Source: Pseudomonadales bacterium
GTDB lineage: Bacteria; Pseudomonadota; Gammaproteobacteria; Pseudomonadales; Pseudohongiellaceae
Length of the DNA stretch: 64,000 bases
Direction of reading: 5' to 3'
NCBI GenBank assembly: GCA_028281635.1
Contig: JANQJM010000052.1
Location: 86 to 64,085 of the forward strand
Both the position numbers and the translations under genes were made by a program. The notes beneath the pieces were generated by a model. That model did not search any database, had not been told where the DNA came from, and saw only the letters and a program-made list of their open reading frames with translations. Of the stretch, positions 8,804 through 16,113 are shown in pieces. The first letter of the stretch is position 1; each line of letters begins with the position of its first letter.

Positions 8804-10009
8804 TTAAAACTCCACTGAATTCATGCTGAAGACAGCAGAAAGCATGGTGATCGTGATGCCACCGACTGCGATGGCAAGAAATATAATTAGCGCAGGTTGC
8901 AGTGCAGCAACCAGTGCGGACATTTGATTTCGAACATAAGTGTCAAAGGTCACTGCAGACTTGAGTAAGATGTCTGAAGTTCGCCCAGACTCTTCACCCA
9001 CACCGACTAGCTGATGTAGCAGGGTAGGGAACTGGTTGGTCTTCTCCAACGAGATGCCCAAACCAGAACCTCCGCGAACGTCATCCTCTACAGTGAGCAG
9101 ATGTTTATTTAAAAGGCTATTGCCAACAACTTCCCGAGAAACCCTCAGAGCTCTAATAAGTGGGATACCTGCCCCCAGGAGAGCACCAAGAGTTCTGGCA
9201 AATACTGCACACTCTCGATAGAGAATAAGATTGCCCACTAGTGGCAGTGTCAGCAGAAAACCATCTTTTCGCAGCCGAGTAACCGGGTCCTGATCAAGTC
9301 GCCGCCAACCCCAGATGGCCAACACTGTCGCAACGATGAACAGGTAACCGTAGCTCTGGATAAATCCGCTCAGTGACAGTAGGAAAGCCGCAGATGGTGG
9401 GATGTCGGTTCCAGCATCTTCAAACATGGCGGCGAATTGAGGCACCACAAATACCAGCAACAGAAAGACGGAAATGATCCCGGTGATCAATAGCACCGTC
9501 GGATAGATCATGGCAGAGATGACGGCCTGGCGGGTACGTGCACTGGTATCGAGAAACTCGGCCAGATCCGGGAGCAGCTCATGTAGAATGCCGCCTTCTT
9601 CTCCCGCTCTGACAATGTTCACGTACATCTTGCTGAACACATTGGAGTGCTGCTCCATGGCTTCGGCGAGACTCTTGCCTTCTTTGACGTCGCGCAGCAG
9701 TTGCACAACTAACTCACGCATAGCTGCTGATTCGGTAATGCCATCAAGCAGGCGCAGCGCCTTATCGATGGGCACCCGTGCTTCAACCAGCGTGCACAGG
9801 CCATTGGTAAAATCCAGCAGGTCATTATTGGATATCTTCTTGCGGCGCAGAGGATCTGCACTGGGGCGGGTTTCCTGAATTTTCACCGGCGTCAGATTTC
9901 TGCCCTGCAGCAGACGCACGACTTCTCGCTCCGACTCGGCGTTTAACTGGCCAGTTTCCAGATTACCGCCCTGATCAAAAGCCTGATATTTGAAGTACAG
10001 TGCGCCCAT
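8804..10009 (-). CDS. gspF: Type II secretion inner-membrane platform protein GspF
   Basis: 401 aa with two T2SSF-type repeats and three hydrophobic segments. Located directly after gspE. Confidence 0.9.
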   Translation of the reverse strand: MGALYFKYQAFDQGGNLETGQLNAESEREVVRLLQGRNLTPVKIQETRPSADPLRRKKISNNDLLDFTNGLCTLVEARVPIDKALRLLDGITESAAMRELVVQLLRDVKEGKSLAEAMEQHSNVFSKMYVNIVRAGEEGGILHELLPDLAEFLDTSARTRQAVISAMIYPTVLLITGIISVFLLLVFVVPQFAAMFEDAGTDIPPSAAFLLSLSGFIQSYGYLFIVATVLAIWGWRRLDQDPVTRLRKDGFLLTLPLVGNLILYRECAVFARTLGALLGAGIPLIRALRVSREVVGNSLLNKHLLTVEDDVRGGSGLGISLEKTNQFPTLLHQLVGVGEESGRTSDILLKSAVTFDTYVRNQMSALVAALQPALIIFLAIAVGGITITMLSAVFSMNSVEF

Positions 10010-10015
10010 GATGAC

Positions 10016-11500
10016 TTATAGTGCTCTCGTTACCCGAACGACTTCTTCCGGCGTGGTAAGTCCCGCCTTCAGTTTTTCCAAGGCGTCTTCTCGCAGGGTG
10101 CGCATACCATCAGCGATGGCCTGTTCCCGAATGACATTGGCATCAGCCCCCGATGCGATGTGATGTCGGATGTCATCAGTCATAAGCAGGAGCTCATAGA
10201 GGCCGACTCGCCCGCGATACCCGGTATGGCCACAAGCATCACAGCCCTTTCCTCGGTTAATAGAAGGACAAACAGCTGCTTCGATTTGCAGCACAGCAAG
10301 CTCGTCTTCCGTTATTGGCGCCATCTCGTTGCATTCAGTACACACGCGTCTTACCAGGCGCTGCGCTTGAATGGCCAGCAAGCTGGAACTGATCAAATAA
10401 CCTTCCACGCCCATGTCCTGCAGGCGGGTAACGGCACCGGCCGCATCGTTGGTATGCAGCGTGGAAAACACCAGATGGCCTGTCAGCGCCGACTCGATGG
10501 CAATCTCCGCGGTTTCATGATCGCGAATCTCACCGACCATCAATACATCGGGATCCTGCCGGACAATGGAGCGAAGTCCCGCTGCAAAGCTGAGGCCAAT
10601 GCTGGCATTGGCCTGGATCTGAGTAATACCGTCCAGTTGATACTCCACAGGATCTTCGACGGTGATGATCTTGCGTTTCTCGTCATTGATTTTTTCCAGG
10701 GTCGCATACAGGGTCGTGGTCTTACCCGAACCTGTCGGTCCGGTAATCAGAATCATGCCGTGGGGTTGAGTAATAACCCCCTGATAGTTCTGCAGCACCT
10801 GCTCAGGCATACCTAGCTGCTGCAGAGCAACGGTGGTATCGCTGCGATCGAGGATACGCAACACAACAGATTCACCGTGCACACCCGGCAGTGTCGATAC
10901 CCGCATATCCAATTGATTACTGCCAATCTGATAGTCGATACGACCATCTTGCGGCAGACGTTTCTCACCGATGTCCAGCCTCGCCATCAGCTTCAATCTC
11001 GATGCCACAGCGGTGTGAATTTTTACCGGCAAGCGTTCGATGCGCGTCATGATGCCATCTACCCGGCAACGCACGTCCAGGGTGTTCTCGTTGGGTTCGA
11101 AATGGATATCACTGGCATTGAGGTCCAGGGCGCGAGCGAACAGGTGATTCACCAGACGAATGATGGGCGCGTCCGATGCCATGTCCATCAGTGACTCGTC
11201 ATCATCGAAGCCAGAAACGAACACGTCTTCATCGGAACCTTCGATTTGCGGCGACAGCTCAGCACGCCAATGTTTCATCAAGCGTCGCACTTCAGCGTCA
11301 TCTGTCAGTACAAATTGCAAGCTGCCGCTGAGAATAAACCGCACCTTGGCCCGTAACTGAATTGACGGCAAGCGATCACATAATAGTTTGCCTGACTCGG
11401 AAAAATCCTGAGCAGGAGCAATGCCTTCAGGCTCGAGTAGCTGACTGAACACGGGTAAGGTCATCGAGGACTGGGACATGTTTTCAGTGAGCTCAGTCAT
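10016..11500 (-). CDS. gspE: Type II secretion ATPase GspE
   Basis: Start trimmed to ATG 11500; GGAG lies 6 nt upstream and the start overlaps the upstream stop by 8 nt. Walker A GPTGSGKTT, Walker B/His box, and a tetracysteine CTEC...CDAC motif typical of GspE. Confidence 0.9.
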   Translation of the reverse strand: MTELTENMSQSSMTLPVFSQLLEPEGIAPAQDFSESGKLLCDRLPSIQLRAKVRFILSGSLQFVLTDDAEVRRLMKHWRAELSPQIEGSDEDVFVSGFDDDESLMDMASDAPIIRLVNHLFARALDLNASDIHFEPNENTLDVRCRVDGIMTRIERLPVKIHTAVASRLKLMARLDIGEKRLPQDGRIDYQIGSNQLDMRVSTLPGVHGESVVLRILDRSDTTVALQQLGMPEQVLQNYQGVITQPHGMILITGPTGSGKTTTLYATLEKINDEKRKIITVEDPVEYQLDGITQIQANASIGLSFAAGLRSIVRQDPDVLMVGEIRDHETAEIAIESALTGHLVFSTLHTNDAAGAVTRLQDMGVEGYLISSSLLAIQAQRLVRRVCTECNEMAPITEDELAVLQIEAAVCPSINRGKGCDACGHTGYRGRVGLYELLLMTDDIRHHIASGADANVIREQAIADGMRTLREDALEKLKAGLTTPEEVVRVTRAL

Positions 11501-12056
11501 TGTTTGCTCCCCCACTGTTTTCTCCACGGGCAAAGCCCACGACTGTAATGGCACCGTTGTATTGATTGCGATTTCGATCGAGGTTGAAGTCCTTAACTTG
11601 CAAACGGGGCACTGAGTTTTCCAGGCGCTCGAGAAAAACCACAGTGTTGCCGGCATCAGCGGTACGGAAAGACATTTCCTGACTAATCAACAGCCATTCA
11701 TCAGACTCCAGGCGCTCTGCCAGTCGGGTAGAACTCACGGTTAGACCTGAATCACGGGCGTGTTGCGACAAGTCGCGCTGAATAGTGGCTTCGATTAACG
11801 GGATGGTGTCGCCGCTAAAAATTTGCGACTCCATATCTGCCTGCTGTACTTGGGCATCGATACGACGTTCTCTCCAGGCCAGAGAATCTTCGATGAGCCT
11901 TTCTTCACGGGCAATAGCCAATAACACATCTTCGATTGCAGCCTCGCGTGTTGCATGGAAGCTCTGCACTGCCGGTACGATTTGAGTAATAGCGAATACA
12001 ACTGCCACTACTACAGCGAGTACTAGTATGTTTTTTTCTCGTTTAGAAATTGCCAT
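11493..12056 (-). CDS. GspM/PilO-like bitopic assembly-platform protein
   Basis: 187 aa with a short cytoplasmic N-terminus, one TM segment (ILVLAVVVAVVFAITQIV) and a coiled-coil plus ferredoxin-like periplasmic part. Assigned by architecture and position only. Confidence 0.5.
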   Translation of the reverse strand: MAISKREKNILVLAVVVAVVFAITQIVPAVQSFHATREAAIEDVLLAIAREERLIEDSLAWRERRIDAQVQQADMESQIFSGDTIPLIEATIQRDLSQHARDSGLTVSSTRLAERLESDEWLLISQEMSFRTADAGNTVVFLERLENSVPRLQVKDFNLDRNRNQYNGAITVVGFARGENSGGANND

Positions 12057-12069
12057 GTTCTTCTATGCA

Positions 12070-13368
12070 CTAACTTGCATCAGGAAAGTAGCGAACCATG
12101 TACGCTTCAAAGCTCACGGTCGCTAAACGTAAATCGATGTAATAACGAGTGTTATTCGTGGCCCGGGAAAACACCACTTCAGTAAACATTGGATCCTGTT
12201 CCAGGCGCTGCAAAATGGCTTGGGGATCCGAGCTGGTGCCTTGAATTCGAATAAGCCCTTCGTTTAACTCTAACGATGACAGGCGTTCATTGCCCAAAAG
12301 TTCCTGCAATCGAAACATTGCTTGCCGTAACTGTTGATCCGGATAGTCGTTGATCGCACCCCATTCGCTCTCAAAATTCACCACTACAGATTGATCGGCT
12401 CGTGCATCTGCTGACATGTTCTGTGTCGATTCCAAACGCGCGTTTGCCATGCGCAATTCGAATGACTGGAACAGGAAGGGAATGGAAGACAGCAGGAGTA
12501 ATGCTGCAAACATCGCGGCGGCGGCTACCAGTTGCCGACCTTTCTCCACTCGCTGTTGCGCTTGCAAGGCACCATGTGGGTAAAATCTATAGTCCGCACC
12601 TGATTCACCTGGATCTGCCCTGTATGAACTCGGATCTCGCCCGTCGATCTGCTTTGCACCAGCCAGGTTGCTGGTCGCTGCTTGCCATTGTTCGGCAAAC
12701 TCTGCTTGCTCCAGCTCTGCAGATTCAATCTGTAGCCACTGGGTAAGCACGCCCTGTTCAACGGTGATTGCAGTTATGTGTTCTGCGTCTTCTTCAATGA
12801 GATTGAAATCAGGTGTTGTTTCCTCAGTTGAAAGAATTCGGGGTTGTACGGCAATTAGATTCAACCCCTCTTTATCAAAAGCCGTGAAGAAGTTCTGCAG
12901 TTTCTCAGTTGATAACCAAAGGGCCGTAATCCGTTGTTCCTCTGAACTCTCGTTCGCTGAACCAACGACTGCTATGGAAAGCGCTTGTTCATAGGAAGGC
13001 AAAAGCGTTTCTCGCTGCAGTTCTAAAGCGGACTTTATATTCTCAGTGCTGACTCCGGGCATGGCCTGGCTGGTAGCAAGAAACTCAGAAGGGGGCAGGA
13101 GTAACTCTATATTTCCCGAGCCGGAGATTTGTCCTAGTAGCGATTTGGCAGCTTGTGCCAGAGATTCCGGTGTAAGCCTTTCTTCATTGGCAGTCTGAGC
13201 GAACGATACGCTGTTGCCTGACTCCAGGTGTACCAGGTCTACGCCACAAACCACCAGGTGATCGGTAATCGATTTGCGCAGCTCAGCCTGTGTATCTCCC
13301 AGGATCGCTTTACGTAAGCCACCCGGGAAGCTGAATGTGATTGCGCTCAATGATGGTAGTGATGCCAT
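12070..13368 (-). CDS. GspL-like (PilM-PilN fusion architecture) assembly-platform protein
   Basis: 432 aa: a cytoplasmic domain of about 275 aa, one TM segment (LVAAAAMFAALLLLSSIPFLF) and a periplasmic PilN-like domain of about 130 aa. Assigned by architecture and position only. Confidence 0.5.
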   Translation of the reverse strand: MASLPSLSAITFSFPGGLRKAILGDTQAELRKSITDHLVVCGVDLVHLESGNSVSFAQTANEERLTPESLAQAAKSLLGQISGSGNIELLLPPSEFLATSQAMPGVSTENIKSALELQRETLLPSYEQALSIAVVGSANESSEEQRITALWLSTEKLQNFFTAFDKEGLNLIAVQPRILSTEETTPDFNLIEEDAEHITAITVEQGVLTQWLQIESAELEQAEFAEQWQAATSNLAGAKQIDGRDPSSYRADPGESGADYRFYPHGALQAQQRVEKGRQLVAAAAMFAALLLLSSIPFLFQSFELRMANARLESTQNMSADARADQSVVVNFESEWGAINDYPDQQLRQAMFRLQELLGNERLSSLELNEGLIRIQGTSSDPQAILQRLEQDPMFTEVVFSRATNNTRYYIDLRLATVSFEAYMVRYFPDAS

Positions 13369-13615
13369 GTCCTACAACTGCGGTTAAACCAAGTCCCGGG
13401 CCAGGCAATCCGCGACAAAACCCAGCCCCATGCCTTTTTCTGATATGGCAGGGGCCGGGAATTGCCAATTTCGCTAAGCCGTTGAAATTGTGTTAGTTCT
13501 GACTGCTTAAGACTGGCAAAGGCGGGAAATAGTTTTAGTTCGCAGGGGAGGAATTACGGTGATTTGGCGGGGCTGGCGGGAGTTGAGGGTAGATCCTTCG
13601 AATTGGGTCAGGCCC

Positions 13616-13646
13616 AAAACAACACCGGCCTCGTAAAAGAGGCCGG
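13616..13646 (-). terminator. Rho-independent terminator downstream of dsbA
   Basis: On the minus strand, CCGGCCUC-uuuuac-GAGGCCGG is followed by UGUUGUUUU. It lies 34 nt after the dsbA stop. Confidence 0.6.
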
Positions 13647-13679
13647 CAGAAATACTTTCCAGTGAAAGGAATTGGAGGC

Positions 13680-14333
13680 TTAGTCGCCTGCAGAGCGCAG
13701 CGCAGCTAGCTCTTTTTCTACAAGAAAATCAACAACATCCAGCATTTCCTGCTGTGTGCGAACAGCGTCTCCGGTAGTAACCAGATACTTGCCGTTGACA
13801 ATCATGTTTGGCGTGCTGCGAATGCCATAGTCACGCATACGCTTTTCTGCCTGATTCACCTTGGTGCGGACCGAAAAAGAATTGAAGGCAGATTCGAAAT
13901 CACCACGATCAATGCCATGCTCAGCAAACAAATCACCGATTTGGTCTTCACTGGCCAAACGATTGCCTTGCACATTAATGGCGTTGTAGACGTGCTGGTG
14001 CAGCTCTTCAACGGCATCCAGAGATTCCGCGGTGTAATACACCTGCGCATGAATCTTCATTAGTGGGTTCCACAAAGCCGGAAACCTGACGAAATCAATA
14101 TCTTCGCCCTGACCTTCTTCCCAGGCGATAACTAATGGCTCAAAGCGGAAGCAATGGGAACAGCCGTACCAGAAGGCTTCCAGAACTTCGACTTTGGAAG
14201 CATCGCGCGTGTTAACCGGGGCAGGTAGCTCGGTATAGTGAGTGCCCGCTACATAGCGTTCGATCTGTGCGGTGCTCGAGAACGCCAATGAGACAAGTGC
14301 GGTGAAAGCCACCAGCTGTAGTATTCGTTTCAT
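13680..14333 (-). CDS. dsbA: Thiol:disulfide interchange protein DsbA
   Basis: Signal peptide plus the FWYGCSHCFRFEP thioredoxin CxxC active site. 217 aa. Confidence 0.9.
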   Translation of the reverse strand: MKRILQLVAFTALVSLAFSSTAQIERYVAGTHYTELPAPVNTRDASKVEVLEAFWYGCSHCFRFEPLVIAWEEGQGEDIDFVRFPALWNPLMKIHAQVYYTAESLDAVEELHQHVYNAINVQGNRLASEDQIGDLFAEHGIDRGDFESAFNSFSVRTKVNQAEKRMRDYGIRSTPNMIVNGKYLVTTGDAVRTQQEMLDVVDFLVEKELAALRSAGD

Positions 14334-14380
14334 ATTCTTGCTACTCCGTATGCTAATCCGTGGTTAGACAGGTGCAGTTT

Positions 14381-14420
14381 AAAAAACCCTATCATAGCCA
14401 TTATTGGCTGGCTATCTCAG
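14381..14420 (-). terminator. Probable intrinsic terminator after cytochrome c4
   Basis: On the minus strand, CCUGAGAUAGCCA-gccaauaa-UGGCUAUGAUAGG forms a stem with a 2x2 internal loop, followed by G-UUUUUU. Confidence 0.45.
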
Positions 14421-14503
14421 GCGGAGCGATATGGGACCAGCTGACCCGAGAAGCCGTTTTTCTGGCTAAAAGCCTACTTAATAAGAGTCTATTGCCGCCT
14501 AAA

Positions 14504-15115
14504 TTAGTGCAGCCCCGATACGTAACTGGCCAGTGCCTGTAACTCCTGGTCTGTCAGTCTCTCAACGACTGTACGCATCATGCTGCTCATGTCATTGGCT
14601 CGTTCACCAGAACGGAACTGTTCCAATTGCTGCAGCGTGTATTCAGGATGCTGACCACTCAAGGCGGGGAATCCGGCTGGTGCATTGCCTTTTCCGTCTG
14701 GTGCATGACAAGCTGAACAGGCCGCTACCGAAAGGCCTTGAACTCCGGCACGGTAAATGGATTCGCCAAGCTCCAGCATCTCAGGATCCACTCCACCCAA
14801 GGTAACTTCCTGAGAGGCATACCAGGCGGCGATGTCCTCCATGTCTTGTTCGGAGAGGGCAGCTACCATTGCAGCCATGGTAGGACCGGAACGTGCCCCC
14901 GATTTGAAGTCCATAAGCTGCTTAACCATGTACTTGGCATTCTGGCCTGCCAGTTTGGGATTGATCGCCAGCTCGCTGTTGCCATCATTACCGTGGCAAG
15001 TTGCACAAAGCGCGGCCTTGGCCTGACCTGCGGCAGGGTCACCCTGTGCTAGCAGGGATGGGGTTGCAAGGGTACCCATTAAGGCCGATACAAGAACAAT
15101 GGCTAATTTCTTCAT
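14504..15115 (-). CDS. Diheme cytochrome c4
   Basis: Signal peptide and two CxxCH sites (CATCHG, CSACHA) in a duplicated domain of about 100 aa. Confidence 0.9.
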   Translation of the reverse strand: MKKLAIVLVSALMGTLATPSLLAQGDPAAGQAKAALCATCHGNDGNSELAINPKLAGQNAKYMVKQLMDFKSGARSGPTMAAMVAALSEQDMEDIAAWYASQEVTLGGVDPEMLELGESIYRAGVQGLSVAACSACHAPDGKGNAPAGFPALSGQHPEYTLQQLEQFRSGERANDMSSMMRTVVERLTDQELQALASYVSGLH

Positions 15116-15120
15116 GAAAG

Positions 15121-15193
15121 TTCCTAAAAAGTTCCTAAAATGCTTCCTAAAAATAAGAGTTCCTAGACTTCTGTTTCCTAAATTTTTAGGGAA
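15121..15193 (-). repeat. Five direct TTCCTA(A/G)A repeats (UAGGAA on the c4 mRNA strand) plus one inverted imperfect copy
   Basis: TTCCTA at 15121, 15132, 15144, 15160 and 15175, and TAGGGAA at 15187-15193. The first three copies are spaced 11-12 bp apart. The copy nearest the ATG is the c4 Shine-Dalgarno (AGGAA, 5-nt spacer). Confidence 0.7.
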
Positions 15194-15342
15194 TTTGCTC
15201 TCGCCTACCGCACAGGCAGCTTGATCGATATGGTGATCTGGTGCCGGAGCAGTATTTTTGCGGACGCGGATTATAGCCTAATTCCCCTGTTCGCACTATG
15301 TAGGACGGCATTCCAGCGCATTGGAATTGACAGAGTTTTGCC

Positions 15343-15933
15343 ATGAATTTCAACAACACCCAATTCGTCACTAGCGCCGCAACGCTGGTGGATTGCCCTA
15401 AGGACAGCCTCGCCGAGGTGGCCTTTGCTGGACGTTCCAACGCCGGCAAATCATCGGCCATTAATGCCATTACCGGCCACTCTAAACTGGCAAAGATTTC
15501 CAAGACCCCAGGCCGTACTCAACTCATTAACTTCTTTCAGGTGGCTGACCATCGCTATCTGGTTGACCTCCCCGGTTATGGTTTTGCCAAGGTCCCTCTC
15601 AAGGTGAAGGAGAAGTGGCAGGCGGAACTGGAACGCTATCTTCGCAAGCGGGAAGCACTGTCAGGAATCGTGTTACTGTCCGATGTTCGCCATCCTCTAA
15701 AAGAGTTCGATCAAATGATGGTGAACTGGGCAGTACAATCAGATTTGCCCGTGCTACTGCTGCTAACCAAAGCCGACAAACTCAAACGCGGCGCTCAACA
15801 AAACACCCTGCTAAAGATCCGCAAAACCATTCAAGACCTTCCCGAAGTAGAAGTCCAATTGTTCTCTTCCATGAACGGACAGGGCATAACCGAAGCCCAA
15901 AAAGTCATAGCCTCCTGGCTGGAAGTTGAATAG
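15343..15933 (+). CDS. engB: Ribosome-biogenesis GTPase EngB/YihA
   Basis: G1 motif GRSNAGKSSAIN, followed by DLPGYG and TKADK motifs. 196 aa. Confidence 0.9.
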   Translation: MNFNNTQFVTSAATLVDCPKDSLAEVAFAGRSNAGKSSAINAITGHSKLAKISKTPGRTQLINFFQVADHRYLVDLPGYGFAKVPLKVKEKWQAELERYLRKREALSGIVLLSDVRHPLKEFDQMMVNWAVQSDLPVLLLLTKADKLKRGAQQNTLLKIRKTIQDLPEVEVQLFSSMNGQGITEAQKVIASWLEVE

Positions 15934-16079
15934 AAGAACTACGGTAGGATTGATATGGCACTACTAATCTTAAGAAAGGTGCTCTACTTGAGGCAGGGAT
16001 GCCGACATTTGCGAAGCAAATGCGAGGAGGCAATCACCAGCATAACCGCGCTTCTGCGCCAGTGATTGCCGACGACAGA

Positions 16080-16105
16080 GCAAAAGCGCAAGGATGCGCT
16101 TTTGC
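16080..16105. terminator. 10-bp perfect hairpin directly after the polA stop (possible bidirectional terminator)
   Basis: GCAAAAGCGC-AAGGAT-GCGCTTTTGC. The A/T runs are part of the stem, so terminator function is uncertain. Confidence 0.4.
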
Positions 16106-16113
16106 GAAATGAA

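Noticed and set aside
10160-10816. 218-aa ORF antisense to gspE
   Set aside because: It sits inside a motif-verified ATPase gene and has no recognisable domain or ribosome-binding site.
4633-11656. N-terminal extensions in the ORF track for gspK (to 4737), gspI (to 5817), gspG (to 6779) and gspE (to 11656); similarly fmt (31141), plsC (41018) and recF (45442)
   Set aside because: The extensions overlap the upstream genes, lack family-like sequence, and would bury the prepilin leader far inside the protein. Internal ATGs with SDs or 4/8-nt stop overlaps give canonical N-termini.
13544-13590. G-run cluster (GGGG...GGGG..GGG..GGG) as a possible G-quadruplex in the T2SS promoter region
   Set aside because: The first loop would be about 20 nt, only three tracts are closely spaced, and there is no supporting evidence.
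15186-15503. 105-aa minus-strand ORF spanning the engB start region
   Set aside because: It overlaps the well-supported engB gene and the c4/engB promoter region, and has no motifs.
15935-15962. Searched for a sigmaE/AlgU-type promoter (GAACTT-N16/17-TCTGA) or a GacA box (TGTAAG-N6-CTTACA) that could drive the putative polA/engB spacer RNA
   Set aside because: I found only GAACTA with no matching -10 element, and no GacA box. No promoter can be claimed, so the RNA remains hypothetical.
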